Shown here piece after piece: positions 12,757 through 26,560 of a DNA stretch of 64,000 bases (the stretch's first letter is position 1; each line of letters begins with the position of its first letter). The translations under genes and the position numbers were made by a program. The notes under the pieces were generated by a model. It was given only the letters and a program-made list of their open reading frames with translations, searched no databases and was not told the DNA's origin. This DNA comes from Octopus vulgaris. Taxonomy: Eukaryota. The stretch spans positions 45,942,001-46,006,000 of the forward strand of contig OX597835.1 of assembly GCA_951406725.2 (NCBI GenBank). Direction: 5' to 3'.

Positions 12757-12920
12757 TATTCTTTTATTCATCTACTGCTTCAGTCATCTGACTGCGACCA
12801 TGCTGGAGCACCACCTTTTAGTCGAAGAAATCGCCCCCTGGACTTTTTCTTTCTACATCTAGTACTTATTCTATCAGTGTCTTCAACCGAACCGTTAAGT
12901 TTGTGGAGGGGGAGAACCAC
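12757..12920 (-). mobile_element. SINE type A 3' half, inverted relative to the adjacent 5' half
   Basis: TTCAGTCATCTGACTGCGACCATGCTGGAGCACC...CTAGTACTTATTCTATC...CCGAACCGTTAAGT. Confidence 0.8.
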
Positions 12921-12926
12921 AATCTC

Positions 12927-12975
<49 letters not shown>

Positions 12976-13309
12976 TATACATAGGTGAACCGCAATAGGG
13001 CGAGGGATCACTGTAGTTTTATCACGGTAGAGCAGGAGGATGTCCATGTTGTGTATAATGCTTTACGTTACGTAACTTATAACTTCTTCTACGACACAGA
13101 ATCACATGGCACACCATCCATTAGCCAAACCCGAAACGAACGATATCACAAGGATTGTACTGATTTTGTTAAAATTAATTTTGAAGAACGTGAGAGACTC
13201 TGTATATAAGAAAGAAACCTTTAGTCTCATCTGTAGGTGTTTCTTTTCAGCAAACAAATCATTACAGTACGAAGGCTTTGACAGGAAACATTTGCAACAA
13301 TATAAACTT

Positions 13310-13570
13310 AGATAAACTTAGATGTGTTTCGACCAATGATTGGTCCAGGCCATGTCTAACTTAATAGCACCACCTGATAGGATTATTTGAATCCTGTTTA
13401 AGTCAACTTTTGCTTATGGTCCATTCAAGTAGTGAGTTTTTGTTGGGTGAGTTGTATCCAATTATGGGTGGCTTATCTGGTATTCTTTGAAGGAATCTAT
13501 CCAGACTCCGTTTAAAGTTGATGGGATCCTGTTCCTCTTTGATCTCTTTCGGGACAATGTTAAATAGGGC
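13310..13570 (-). mobile_element. 5'-truncated LINE 3' end (CR1/L2-group ORF2 C-terminus plus 3' UTR)
   Basis: Minus-strand frame 13570-13403 reads ALFNIVPKEIKEEQDPINFKRSLDRFLQRIPDKPPIIGYNSPNKNSLLEWTISKS*, matching the FNxLP...FKxxLDxFLxxIPDxP...NSL ORF2 terminus pattern. Confidence 0.8.
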
Positions 13571-14148
13571 AATGTTAAATATATGTACAGCTAATACATA
13601 ACATTTTTTCGTTTACAAAGTTACTGATTTATGTACATCAGTTTTTCTTTGCAGGTTGGGTAGCTTTTTGCTCGTTTTCATCCATTTGCTTTATAGTAAC
13701 CCTGAAACATACAGTCATTATTTGTAGTTATTGTTTAGCCTTATTCAAGCTCGATATAAATGCATCTTTGATTAAAGACATCCCAATTACAAATATCTCA
13801 ACTTCTTTTCAGGTATAGTGTAATGTAAGTTAATAGTTTGATAGAATATTGCTAGCGATTGCTCGCACTTTTATCGAGACACATTGTTTAGCTAATGGAC
13901 GGTCGAATCGTGGCGCCATGTTACGTTCAATGCAACGCAGTTTTCCTTTAAGGCAAAGATAATAAGCATATATAACGTTATGTATTTGTATGCTGTTATT
14001 ATAGATAGATGCCACTAAGCAGCAACATACATCCAACAGCTTCCGTCAATTAGAGGCAGCGAAAACAAAACCTTTACCGAGTTGAATTACTAAAAATCGT
14101 TCACGCGAATACGAGTCGACTTTTTCATTAATGGAGATTTTTTCCTTT

Positions 14149-14775
<627 letters not shown>

Positions 14776-15659
14776 CCATTGTTCATTTAGTTATCTAATT
14801 ATTGCGTTCCACTCGTTTTCCCCGACCGAACGGCTAACGATTAACGGAGAGAAACACGTCGTCAGTAGAGAGACAGAAGACCATAGAAATTATAGAAACG
14901 TGTTCGCCGAGGGTCATTCGAATCTCCCTTCAATGGAAACCATGCTTATCTGCTGGAACTGATCTGTATTATATAAATATATTCATTTAAAACATTCATG
15001 CATCAAAAGTAGATCAATTTCTGTTTCAAATCAGCAAAAATTGCAATATCACCATGTTTGTGGCAAAATAAAAACTCCCGCCCTCCTTCACAACGTTTGG
15101 AACATGCCAGCTAATGAATAAACCGATAAGTGGGTAATCAACCTGCCAGATCTAGCAGCCAAAACTCTCTTAAGTTTTTAAAAAGTACCTACAAAATATC
15201 ATTATCGAAAATGAAATTTGAGATAAATTGCATGAAATTTGTCTGCCTGCAATATTATAGCCACTGTAGTTGTTTAGTTGTTATTATTATTGAAATGTAA
15301 ATCAGTCGACGAAAGTAAACCTATGATCAAACACATTTCAACAGTGACCACCCTCTTTGTTTTCCGCTTTAGATCTACCTCATCCAAAGTATACAGTGTG
15401 GTTCTACAAATTAATATCCATTCCTGCATTACAAATCGTTCAATCTGAAGTTTGTGTGCGACGTTGAATTTACACACAAAATTCAGATTCATTTGAATTG
15501 ATAAAAGTGACGTTCAATTTAGAGTCACCAGTCAATCGCATCAAATTCCAACCAATTTTTATCACCATCGTATTAGTACTCTTTGATTAATAAGCTTAAA
15601 GATATTTTAAACACACACACACACGCACATACAGATCCACATAAATAAATAATACACGC

Positions 15660-15693
<34 letters not shown>

Positions 15694-15835
15694 TTAATAT
15701 AACTTTTGAAATGATTACAGCGCATGTCTATGTTTGAAGTGGCAGAATATCCATGCATGTATCCACCCATTCGTCCATCCATACATCCATCCATCCGTAT
15801 GCATGAATACTCATATAAACAAGCACACGCATATA

Positions 15836-15877
<42 letters not shown>

Positions 15878-15916
15878 AATATATATACATACATATAATA
15901 ATTTATATATATAAAT

Positions 15917-15962
<46 letters not shown>

Positions 15963-16117
15963 TTTGCATACATGCATATGTGTATATGCATATACGAATA
16001 CATAAGCATGTATATTTAGACATATGTGTGTGAATGTATGTATGAATATGTACACGCACAAATACATAAATATATATTCATATACATGAGTATTTTTCTG
16101 TGCGTATGTGCATGAGA

Positions 16118-16155
<38 letters not shown>

Positions 16156-16582
16156 AGAGAGCGAGAGAATGTATATGTAGTATGTAGAGAGAGGAGAGAT
16201 AGATAGTTTGATATAGACTATCGGTAAAATCATTGCAAATCTTTGATATAATTCAATCGATTTCACGCATCAAAGGCAATTTTATTTATTTTTGTGTTTA
16301 TTTATTTATACACTTTGTTTTTGCTTTTTTTTTAGCGATAAGTGAATTATAACTTATATCATATTCAGTGACATATACGAACTCACATATTTCGCTTCAA
16401 ATGCTATTTCATTTTCGTTATTGATATACTGCTAGAATTTACCATTAAACAAAGTCACACATGCACACATACGCGCGTACAACAAGAAACACATGCGTAC
16501 GGACTTGAATTTCAAACTTTATGAGAAGTATATCTGTGTGGGTGTTTAAGAATATATGTAAAAAAATAGACAAAAAGATAGT

Positions 16583-17150
<568 letters not shown>

Positions 17151-17154
17151 TATG

Positions 17155-17191
<37 letters not shown>

Positions 17192-17851
17192 GTATATGTA
17201 CATACGTATATATATGTGTGTGTGTTTGTGCGTGTTTGTGTGTTTGAGTGTGTGTGTGTGCGTGTGTGTGTGTGTATGTGCGTGCGGGTGTGCGTGGTCG
17301 TGCGCAGCGAAGATTTTTCGACGTTTAGGACAAAAGCCTTTTTCCAGAATAGCAAATCTTTTCTCTTCGACTCAGTCCCATGAATCTTGGAATAAAAGGG
17401 AGATACGTGGAACGGCTAATTATCAGAGATTGTGCTGGCAATGGAAACTTAATGAAAGAAAATTAAGGCCAGGTGATGTTAGATGTGAAAATAATATATA
17501 AACGGGACGCTGAACAGGATTAATGCTGTAAAACGCAGGCTAATTAGCTTTTGTTCTCTGTTGTATGCTAGATTTTGCGATACGATAACGCTTCTACCTT
17601 CATTGATTGCATTCACGTATGAGAAACCGTGCCAAATAAATCCGAATCCTTGATTCTCAAAAGCACAGACCTTCACATGTGTATATTATATATGTGTGAC
17701 TGCGTATCTCTCTGCCCCTGTATAATACATCATAATATATTATAACAGGGAAATAAATACTGTTAGCTGCGCTTTCACGCGCACGTGCACACACACACAA
17801 AATTGTTGTGTATGTGTGTATATATACATATATAACTATACATATATATAG

Positions 17852-17922
<71 letters not shown>

Positions 17923-17924
17923 TA

Positions 17925-18046
17925 TAAAATTAAATTTAGGGTAAAAATTGATATTTATCAATTAGAACCAGTGGTCTAGCACATTAAAGAAAGAATCCGA
18001 AGATTAAAATATTTATACTTATATAAATATATACCAATATTTAATT

Positions 18047-18083
<37 letters not shown>

Positions 18084-19150
18084 TTGCTAAACGCTGCATT
18101 GGTGGATATGAGTTCTCAATTTGTGATATATTGCTACCTTTGGTTTCATGTTAAGAAAAGTTGGAAGATATCCCAATATATTAACAATTTTTCAAGCCGA
18201 TCGCATGGAGAAAGGATTTTTCCTCCGTTTTGGACATCTCAATCTCATTTCGTTCGGGGAGATTCTTATGAATTTGCGTGAATAAGGGTCGTTACTTTTG
18301 GGTGGCATCTCTTGAATGTCTGCCCGCATTGGATTTGTTTTTCGAGCAAATTGTAGTATGGTCAATTTGTTTGCATTATATTGTGTTTGTACTGGGCGTG
18401 GTGTTCTTATACTTGTGGCCTGAGGTAGTTCGACACTGGGGCATATTTCTTCTGTGTGTGGAGCTTCTGTGCTGCGTTTAGATTTCACGTTCATGAAAGG
18501 AGCTTTCTTGGTGGGTTTACCGTCGCAGTTGGTGGCCACTTCTTTGAAGTATTTGCGTGTAAATTATTGCATGTGTATGCAGGGAGAGAATGTTTCATCC
18601 CTAATATTTGGGATGCATTTGTTGATTGTGTAATGTTCAAATTTGGTACCTCGTCCCCTCTATTTTCTTAGCTTTCGCAATAATTTTTTATTCTATTCCA
18701 CCTTATTTAAATGTCCTATAATTGACTGAGAAGTTGCATGTTTTTCTTTTTGTCACTAAATGACAGCAGGTGTTGTGTATAACTTTTACGTGAACGAGTT
18801 GCCAGTCATACCGATATACGTCTTTGCTACTCCGTTGGGACAGTCTATTGGGGGATATTTAACACTCGACCAAAGAATGTGGGTATGAGAATAAGCGTGG
18901 CAATCGAGCCCACACCTCTTATATTCGACTTCCTCCCGTTAGTTTTATTTAAGGGATATCACTACACATTGTTGTGTAAAGAAATATAGGTGAAGAAACG
19001 ACGATGAGTGACTGTTCAGTAAATAACAATACGATCATAAGCTTCGACCGTGTATTCACTAAAGAAACTAATCTTATATCGAGGCATATAAATTTTCGAC
19101 AGAGAAAGTAGATATTAGGTACGCATGAGAATCAAACACACGCCTCTCAT
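17925..19150 (-). mobile_element. Penelope-like retroelement remnant (GIY-YIG endonuclease region and 3' sequence)
   Basis: Minus strand gives FSCVPNI (19131-19111, compare the Penelope linker YSCMPN), then DCPNGVAKTYIGMTGNSF (YIG at about 18818-18804), then frameshifted YTQHLLSF, KHATS and IIAKA segments in GIY-YIG order. Many stops and frameshifts. Confidence 0.7.
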
Positions 19151-19233
19151 ATTCACGAAAATTGTGCTAACCAATTACACCAACGCACCCACCAACTTTG
19201 TCCTGTTTCATTTAAGAATTATAATCTCAGTGT

Positions 19234-19300
<67 letters not shown>

Positions 19301-19508
19301 ATGTATCAGTGGGAGAGTTACCATTTAAAATGTTCGGCTTTTAAATGTCATATTATATCCTTTAAAACTAGAAAGTTAGCATTATAAAACAACCATAATG
19401 ATTCATGATAAATTTGTTTGTTAAAGCCTTATATCTACTATTCCGTATTGGCTGTCACAGAATTTGAAAAATATCGATAGCGCATATGGGAATATATTTT
19501 GCATTTTC

Positions 19509-19885
19509 AAGGCGGCGAGCTGGCAGAAACGTTAACACGCCCGGCCGTTACGTTCTGCGTTCACATTTTACCGATGTCGACTTTGCCTTTCATCCTTTCG
19601 GGGTCGATTAAATAAGTACCAGTTACGCACTGGTGTCGATATAATCGACTTAATCCTTTTGTCTGTCCTTGTTTGTCCTCTCTGTGTTTAGCCCCTTGTG
19701 CGTAGTAAAGAAATAGGTATTTCGACTGCCGTTACGTTCTGAGTTCAAATTCTGCCGAGGTCGACTTTGCCTTTCATCCCTCCGGGGTCGATAAATTATG
19801 TACCAGTTGCGTACTGAGGTCGATCGAATTGACTGGCCCCCACCTCCCCCAAAATTTAAGGCCTTCTGCTTAGAGTAGAAAGTAA
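19509..19885 (+). mobile_element. SINE type C with internal tandem duplication
   Basis: AAGGCGGCGAGCTGGCAGAAACGTT head. GTCGACTTTGCCTTTCATCC...GGGGTCGAT..AT..GTACCAGTT occurs twice. Confidence 0.9.
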
Positions 19886-20089
19886 AAGAATATACTATAT
19901 CTTAAAAGGATACATGGGTACGAGATAACAAGTTAGATCTTGAATCGCATCGTCATTGTCTTTAGCAGCAGTAGGAATGTTAGCATCAAACCGTGAACAA
20001 TACTGTCCCAAGTGCTAGCATCCATAGGGCTGGGAATTCAGCTTCCACGGCGTGTAAATGGCCAAAATTTCAACACTGTTCACGAACGT

Positions 20090-20256
20090 GATGCCCATCC
20101 ATTGCAGAGTTACGCGTTTATAGCTGAGAATATTGGAGCAACGGAGAATGAAGTGTTTTCCTCAATAACACAAGGTACTATCCGGTCAGGAAATTGAAAC
20201 CACGGCCTTACAATTAATAGTGCAACAATTTAACCATTAGGTCAAGCACCTTCACT
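20090..20256 (-). mobile_element. Degenerate CORE-like tRNA SINE
   Basis: AGCTGAGAATATTGGAGCAACG...AAGTGTTTTCCTCAATAACACAA...GAAATTGAAACC...TAACCATTAGG..CACCTTCAC is similar to 6780-6910. Confidence 0.6.
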
Positions 20257-22292
20257 TAAAATCATTTCCCAGGTTATATTACTCTATGATAACCATCTAA
20301 TATAATAACAATTGCTTCAGTGCAACATTTCCAATTATGGCACAACCATGTGTCCTGTTACTTGTTCTATTATCTAAATACTGCTTTATTTAGTCGGAAG
20401 CCTCACACAAAAGTCATATAATTAAAACATTTTAATTATGGCTGCCATGCCATTTCTTTATATAAGTAATGTTTCGTTTAGTAGAGCGGACTCAGCACTT
20501 AGACGTAAGCGAATATCATTTGGTGGAATACGTGGGATTATTTCGCCAACTGTTTTATGTGGCTATGTGGTCGTGAACAGGCAACACTTCCCACACAGCC
20601 TTGATTTCGACTAGGGGTGCATATAGCATGGCACAGCTAGCGCGTGAGTTTGAAAGAAAAGGAGAGACCTAACCCTAGCACACATTTGCGACTGTGTAGA
20701 TGGGGTTAATACGAAGCGACAGATCCAACGCGCCGCTGGGCTCGCAAATTGAACTTTCTGAGCCAAACTCTGAGAGCGAGACCATTTACTGTAATGTCTA
20801 GTATGCAGGCATCCCTTATCCTGTATATTCCCCCCACCCACCCATTTTCTTATTTTGTTTTTGCGCTTGTTACATCTTTCCCTTTGAAGATCAAACTTTA
20901 TGATTTTTGCAAATATATGCAGCTATATCTAGCACTTTCAACAACCGTGTAGTTGCTCACTCGCTGGATCGGATCGTGTTATTTCTAAGAACTGGTTTTT
21001 TGTCTATAGTAATTTTTTGTTAAATTTTATTCTATCCTCTCTAGCTTCTTTTAATTCCCTTCATGAAATAAATCTTTTATTAATATTTTGAATCAGTGAA
21101 CAAAGGTAAAAGTACTAAACTTAGAAGCAGAGAAGGTTAGTGTCGGCAGAAGACTTCCAAGAAGCGAAAACATACGAAATGAAAAATTAGAATTTAAAAA
21201 GTAACGAAAAATATTTTCTTTCTTCGGCATAAGAGAATACGTATCTATAAAAGCAATCCATGACTTCGAAATGAATAATTTAAAGTAACTCATGTATTTT
21301 GGTGTTTTTACTTATGTTCTTTTTCGACCATTAAAGGCCAAACTACAACAACAACATAAAAGGGTGGGGAAAATTACTATGCAGTTCCAAATCCGGTTTG
21401 GTTTGGAGGGAGAAGTGCAGCATATCATAAATAGAACATCATCAATATTTCATGAGAAGAGGTTTTAGGTCACTCGAACAAGTCGCAGACGTGAATTAAA
21501 AATATTTTTCATATATCGTGTGATACTAATTTTCATAATGTTTACCATTATTGATTTTAACTTATTTTTTAAAATGATCCGTTGTCGTTGCAGTCATTGT
21601 TGTTGTTGTTGTTGCAGTTATTCTTATTGTTGTTGTTGCTGCTGTTGCTTAGTCCTATGTCAGTTCTTATTGAGTGAACAGAGAGATCAAACGCATTCGA
21701 ATTTTCATTTATTTAATAGTTTTTCCCATTCAGAAATAGTTTATCTCGAAATAGATAATCTTATATGACGTTTAACTTTTAAGGCTGCAGATTATGATTA
21801 GAAGATTTTGTTGTTATGTCTTGCAGGTCAAATGACTGTATAAGGATTCCCGCATTTATTCACGAAATACCCTGCAGTAATATAATACATAGAAGCATAA
21901 ACTTGTAGGGGACCGGTTCAAACCAACTGTCAGTATTATCCGTTCTCCATTCTGCATTCTTTTATAAAAGGAGAATTAAAAACAAGCAGCTAGCAAGAGA
22001 GACAAAACAGATTGCCTTATCTTCTCAGTTCCAACGCCGCGGACTCAACTTTGGTTTTCGTCCCCACTCACCATAAAATTAGTACCAGTTGAGTACTGGG
22101 GTAAAATATCATCGACTTACTCACAACCCTTCTGCCAAATCTTAAAATAAAGCATGGGGAAGAGGCGACAATTTAGTTAATAAAATATTATGAACTGCTG
22201 TATTTTTGAAGAATTTTCAGGTTTCAAATGTGTAAATACTTGTGAGTTAATATAATCTAACGATTGAAGAATTCATCATAGAATGTACGTTC

Positions 22293-22500
22293 GGGCGACG
22301 AGCTGGAGCAATCGTCTGCACGTCAAACAAATTGCTTAGTGACATTTGGTCCATCTTTATGTCTTCTGTTCAAATATACCCGAGGTCAATATTCACTTTC
22401 TTCGTTTCAGGATCGATAAAATAAATATTTGTGGAGCACTGGGCAGTGGGGGTGGAGAGGTCAAAGTATTTGACTTTCACCATACTCCAAAATATCAGGC
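22293..22500 (+). mobile_element. Degenerate SINE type C
   Basis: GGCGACGAGCTGG...TGTTCAAAT..CCGAGGTCAA...GATCGATAAAATAAAT. Confidence 0.6.
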
Positions 22501-23366
22501 ATTGCACCGATAGCAGAAAGGATTATACTATTAACATATCAAGTTTTGTCATACAATATTTGGTGACATGTTCCGTTTCAGACATTAAAATTCATAGCTT
22601 TAAACTAGCATTTTACCATATATATCTGTATCAACACCTACACGTATACGTGTTTGCGCGTGGGCGAAGACTGTATCACTCTTTCTGTCTCTATATCTCT
22701 ATCTGTCTCTGTCTCTCTGTCCCTGCCTGTCTCTCTGTCTCTCTGTCTCTCTCAATGTATCTTAAGATACATACATGGATACAGACTCATACATAACATT
22801 ACGCAGCTGATATTTAATTGCATATCACATTATACATTACGCTACTTCATTATATATTATACATCCTATATTGATTATTTCACACATTGTATTGACAGTA
22901 CATGTTACATTACATAAAACAAATTACATTACATATTTATAACATATCTTTCACATTATATATTCCAAACGATATATTTCATACATACTATAACGTACGA
23001 TGCATTATACATTTCATATGTCATTATATTGTTTTATAGCACTAAAACATATTAGGTATTATAGCATATACGGGATATTTGTTTGAATATTACCTTATTT
23101 CCTTACGTATTCAGAGCCACGCGTTACCGCTTATCACATATGACATTAGAGTCTTGCGAGCTAAATATTACTAAATTCATTTTATATGCATTGCATCCAT
23201 TTTGAAAAATAAATCTATGGATACATTAATTATATCATACAATCTATATATTCTCTCTTATTTTTAGCGGGGAGGATGAGGAAATTAGATTGATATGTGC
23301 AGATTTTGTGTCACTCTTGTGCAATAAGGCAATATGTATCTATATCTATATCTACACACACACACT

Positions 23367-23402
<36 letters not shown>

Positions 23403-23624
23403 ACGTATGGGGGTTTAGTTCACAGGTGATCTAAACAATTAGCTACGCAAGGTAGGTGCTGTAACTGATTACAAGGGCTTCAAGCTTATAGCAGAGACGG
23501 TAGTTATGGACCCATTGCAGACTTTCGATGCAGCAGATATATAATTGTCAAACAGGACGTCAAACATTAAGGCAAGGCAAACATTTCAAGTAATATACAA
23601 TATTATTAGAGGAAGAAATTCAAA

Positions 23625-23680
23625 GTCTTACAGCTGTTTCTGGGATATCCTCGGGTACGGGATATTCCGACATCAGAGAC
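23625..23680 (-). ncRNA. Minimal type I hammerhead ribozyme-like motif (one core substitution), Penelope pseudo-LTR type
   Basis: Minus strand: GTCT-CTGATGT-CGGAATATCC-CGTACCCGA-GGATATCCCA-GAAA-C-AGCT-G-TA-AGAC. Stem I is GTCT/AGAC, stem II has 8 of 10 pairs, loop III is the palindrome AGCT, and the cleavage triplet is GUA. A9 is changed to U. Confidence 0.7.
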
Positions 23681-23774
23681 AAATTGGAGAAAAAATATGA
23701 AAACTGAGAATGGTATATAGCAATAAGATGATAACATACAGCAAGGGAATAAAAGAATAAGATGGAGAGAGACA

Positions 23775-24135
23775 CCCAGTGGTTAGAACAGCGGACTTGC
23801 GGTCGTGAGATCGAGTATAGATTCCCAGACCGGGCGTTGTGAGTGTTTATTGAGTGAAAACACCTTCAGCTCCACGAGGCTCCGGCAGGGGATGGTGGCG
23901 AACCCTGCTGTACTCTTTCACTGCAACTTTCTCTCACTGTTACTTCCTGTTATGCCTGTAATTCAAAGGGCCATTTTTGTCACACTCTGTGTCACGCTGA
24001 ATATCCCCGAGAACTACGTTAAGGGTACACATGTCTGTGGAGTGCTCAGCCACTTGAACATTAATTTCACGAGTAGGCTGTTCTGATAATCGAAGCAACT
24101 GGAACCCTCGTTGTCGTAACCGACGGACTGCCACG
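23775..24135 (+). mobile_element. tRNA-derived SINE type B
   Basis: CCCAGTGGTTAGAACAGCGGAC...GATTCCCAGACCGGGCGTTGTGAGTG..., collinear with 52159-52546. Confidence 0.9.
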
Positions 24136-24275
24136 ATATATATATATTTCAGTGTGTGTGCGTGTGTTTGTGTGTGTGTGTGTGTGTGTATGTGTGTGTG
24201 TGTGTGCGCGCATGTGTGTGTGTGTGTGTGTGTGTAGCAGACGCGTGCATGGCTGCATGGCTGTATGATTACTGT

Positions 24276-24338
24276 GCCTGGGACTGAACTCAGGATTCGC
24301 GGATTAGTAGCTCGCGCTCTTCTCCACTATGGTATATG
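24276..24338 (-). mobile_element. Isolated tRNA-like SINE head
   Basis: Minus strand ATAGTGGAGAAGAGCGCGAGCTACTAATCCGCGAATCCTGAGTTCAGTCCCAGGC has A-box-like and B-box-like motifs but no intact acceptor stem. Confidence 0.55.
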
Positions 24339-24344
24339 GTTTAT

Positions 24345-24620
24345 AAGCCCAAAATTTCACTCTAGAATTGCCAACGGGCATATAGTGAAGTGGATGAGAG
24401 CGCGAGATACTAAACCTCAGACTTGGGAAATAATATCCACAAAAAATAACATCAGCAAACAAAAAAAAAATAGCTTAGGAAAGAACAGAGTACCCCATTA
24501 GTCAAATAGAGGGTTGGGATCGACATTCCACCAGAACACCTGATGACGGCTGGCGAGTACATCAGCCGAAGTGTTGTGGAAACAACAAAGAAGGTGAGGA
24601 CACCTACCTATCCATTGTAA
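24345..24620 (+). mobile_element. Penelope-like 3' end fragment followed by hammerhead-like core
   Basis: GHIVKW (24376-24393) resembles the GIY-YIG C-terminal HxIxW motif. Downstream is CTGATGA-C-GGCTG-GCGAGTACAT-CAGCC-GAAG (24540-24571). Confidence 0.5.
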
Positions 24621-24629
24621 ATAAAGAGT

Positions 24630-24840
24630 GTCTCTTTGTCTGTGTTTGTGCCACACTACCGCTGGCCAACCGGTGAGTTTACCTCCCAGTAAATTAGCAG
24701 ATCAGAAAAAAAATTGGTGAAATAAGTACTAGGGCTCAAAAATTAAGTACTAAGGTCGATTTTTTTCGATTAAAACCCTTCAAGTTGGTGACCCAGCATG
24801 ACTGCTGTTAAATGGCTGAAACAAGGAAAAAAGTAAAATA
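24630..24840 (+). mobile_element. SINE type A 3' half, degenerate
   Basis: TCTGTGTTTGT...AATAAGTACTAGG...CCAGCATGACTGC...GCTGAAACAAG. Confidence 0.7.
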
Positions 24841-25104
24841 TATAATTATATATACATATTTGAGTGATTATAAACTATACAAGGAGATTTCTGCAACTCA
24901 CGTAATGTAATGTCTTTTTTATTTTTACAATAGGAGAAATTTATATTATTTAATCTCAACCGAAGCCAGGCTCTATAACCTCACTACCTTCTCCTGGTCC
25001 CTCCAAAAAAAATGTGGGGCGAGGTCTCTTATAATTATTTTATTTTTAAAAAATCTTTTTTCCTTTCTTTACAAGGAATTTATAGATTAGGTTCTGGAAA
25101 TCAA

Positions 25105-25820
25105 TTATAGTGCACCGCAAAACGCACTCCAGTGGTGAAATTGTTCTATCAAAACCAGAGGTCAATTATTCAAACCCAGACAGCAACAAAGACTCTACAG
25201 TGTTGTGTGCAATCACGGTGGATGAGACAACCGGGCTCTATTTCTTTGAGGACGATGATGGGAATGCTGTCACTGACTGATGAACGATACAGGTCCATGA
25301 TTGAGAACTTTTGCACTTGGCCATTCAAAATAGGGCCGATATGTGGTTCCAGCACGATGAGGCATCTGCAAATATCGCAGGAGAAACAACAGTTCCTGGG
25401 GTAATATTTTGCAGAAAGAATGTTCTTTCGTTACTGCAATGTCAACCGGCCATCGCATTCCCCAGACTTGACTAGGTACTTTTGGGGGTACCTCAAGGAG
25501 AAGGTTTATTTCAACAATCCAGAACCCTGGAGCTACTGAAGGAGAATATCACTAGAGAAATCAGGGAACTGGAGCCGGAAACCCTTACAGCTTTCATGAA
25601 ACACATTTTGGAAAGGGTACAGATGCGTGAAGCTGAAACAGGATGCTATTTTAAAAAATGCCATTTGTCATACGTAATGCAGAAATATGATGAAAAAATA
25701 TTAATGCAAATTAATCGCCTTTATCAACTCTGTATTGAATTAAAATTTCATATAACTATTTGTAAAAATAAGGAAGTTATTAAAAGTTAAAACTCCTAAG
25801 TGACTTTTGGGCTGCCTTGA
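25105..25820 (+). pseudogene. Internally deleted, frameshifted Tc1/mariner-superfamily transposase (Tc3/DUF4817-type N-terminus)
   Basis: Segments translate as VKLFYQNQRSIIQTQ, GLYFFEDDDGNAVT, ERYRSMIENF, MWFQHDEASAN, NRPSHSPDLT, FWGYLKEKVYFNNP and TLELLKENITREIREL, in the canonical order. Confidence 0.85.
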
Positions 25821-25969
25821 ACGATGAGTGCTCATCTCCACTAAAACTGTGACTCGAGCTGCACATGAAAAGCGTGGTGTTGAGACTGCCTGTCGAATGC
25901 AATTAGAAGTGTTTTCTTCATGAGCGGGTGGTTATCGATTAAAATAAACAATGAAAAAGCAAAGCATTT

Positions 25970-26130
25970 GGCCTCAGTGGCTGTGTGGTAGATAGCATGC
26001 ATACCAACCACATGCCTCCGGGTTCAGTCCTACTGCGTGGCACCTTGGGCAAGTTTTTTCTACTATAGCCTTGGCCCGACCAAAGCTTTGCGAGTGGATT
26101 TGGTAGACGGAAACTGAAAGACACCCATCG

Positions 26131-26184
<54 letters not shown>

Positions 26185-26294
26185 TGCGTGTAATCGTTCA
26201 AATTAACATGCTATTAATAGATAGATGTATGAATATATAAAATATGATTACTTAAAAAGATTTAAATTTTAAAATATTGAATATATTTGATTAA

Positions 26295-26337
<43 letters not shown>

Positions 26338-26560
26338 TACATAAATATGTGTGTGTGGGTGTCCATGTGTTTGTCCAGCATCGTTTAACAACCGATGCTG
26401 GTGTGTTTATTTTCTCTTAACTTAGGAGTTCGGCAAAAGAGACCGATAGAATAAGTACTAGGCTTACAAAGAAAGCTCTAGGGTCGAGTTGCTTGACTGA
26501 AGGCGGTGCTCCAACATGGCATAGTCGAATGACTGAAACAAATAAAAGAATAAAAGAATA
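25970..26560 (+). mobile_element. SINE type A with expanded central microsatellite/AT-rich insert
   Basis: Head 25976-26130, then (TA)/(TG) expansion, then 3' module at 26360-26560 ending GACTGAAACAAATAAAAGAATAAAAGAA. Confidence 0.88.

Noticed and set aside
20611-20841. GC-richer unique segment / 76-aa ORF (possible exon or regulatory element)
   Set aside because: No motif, homology or splice evidence from sequence alone.
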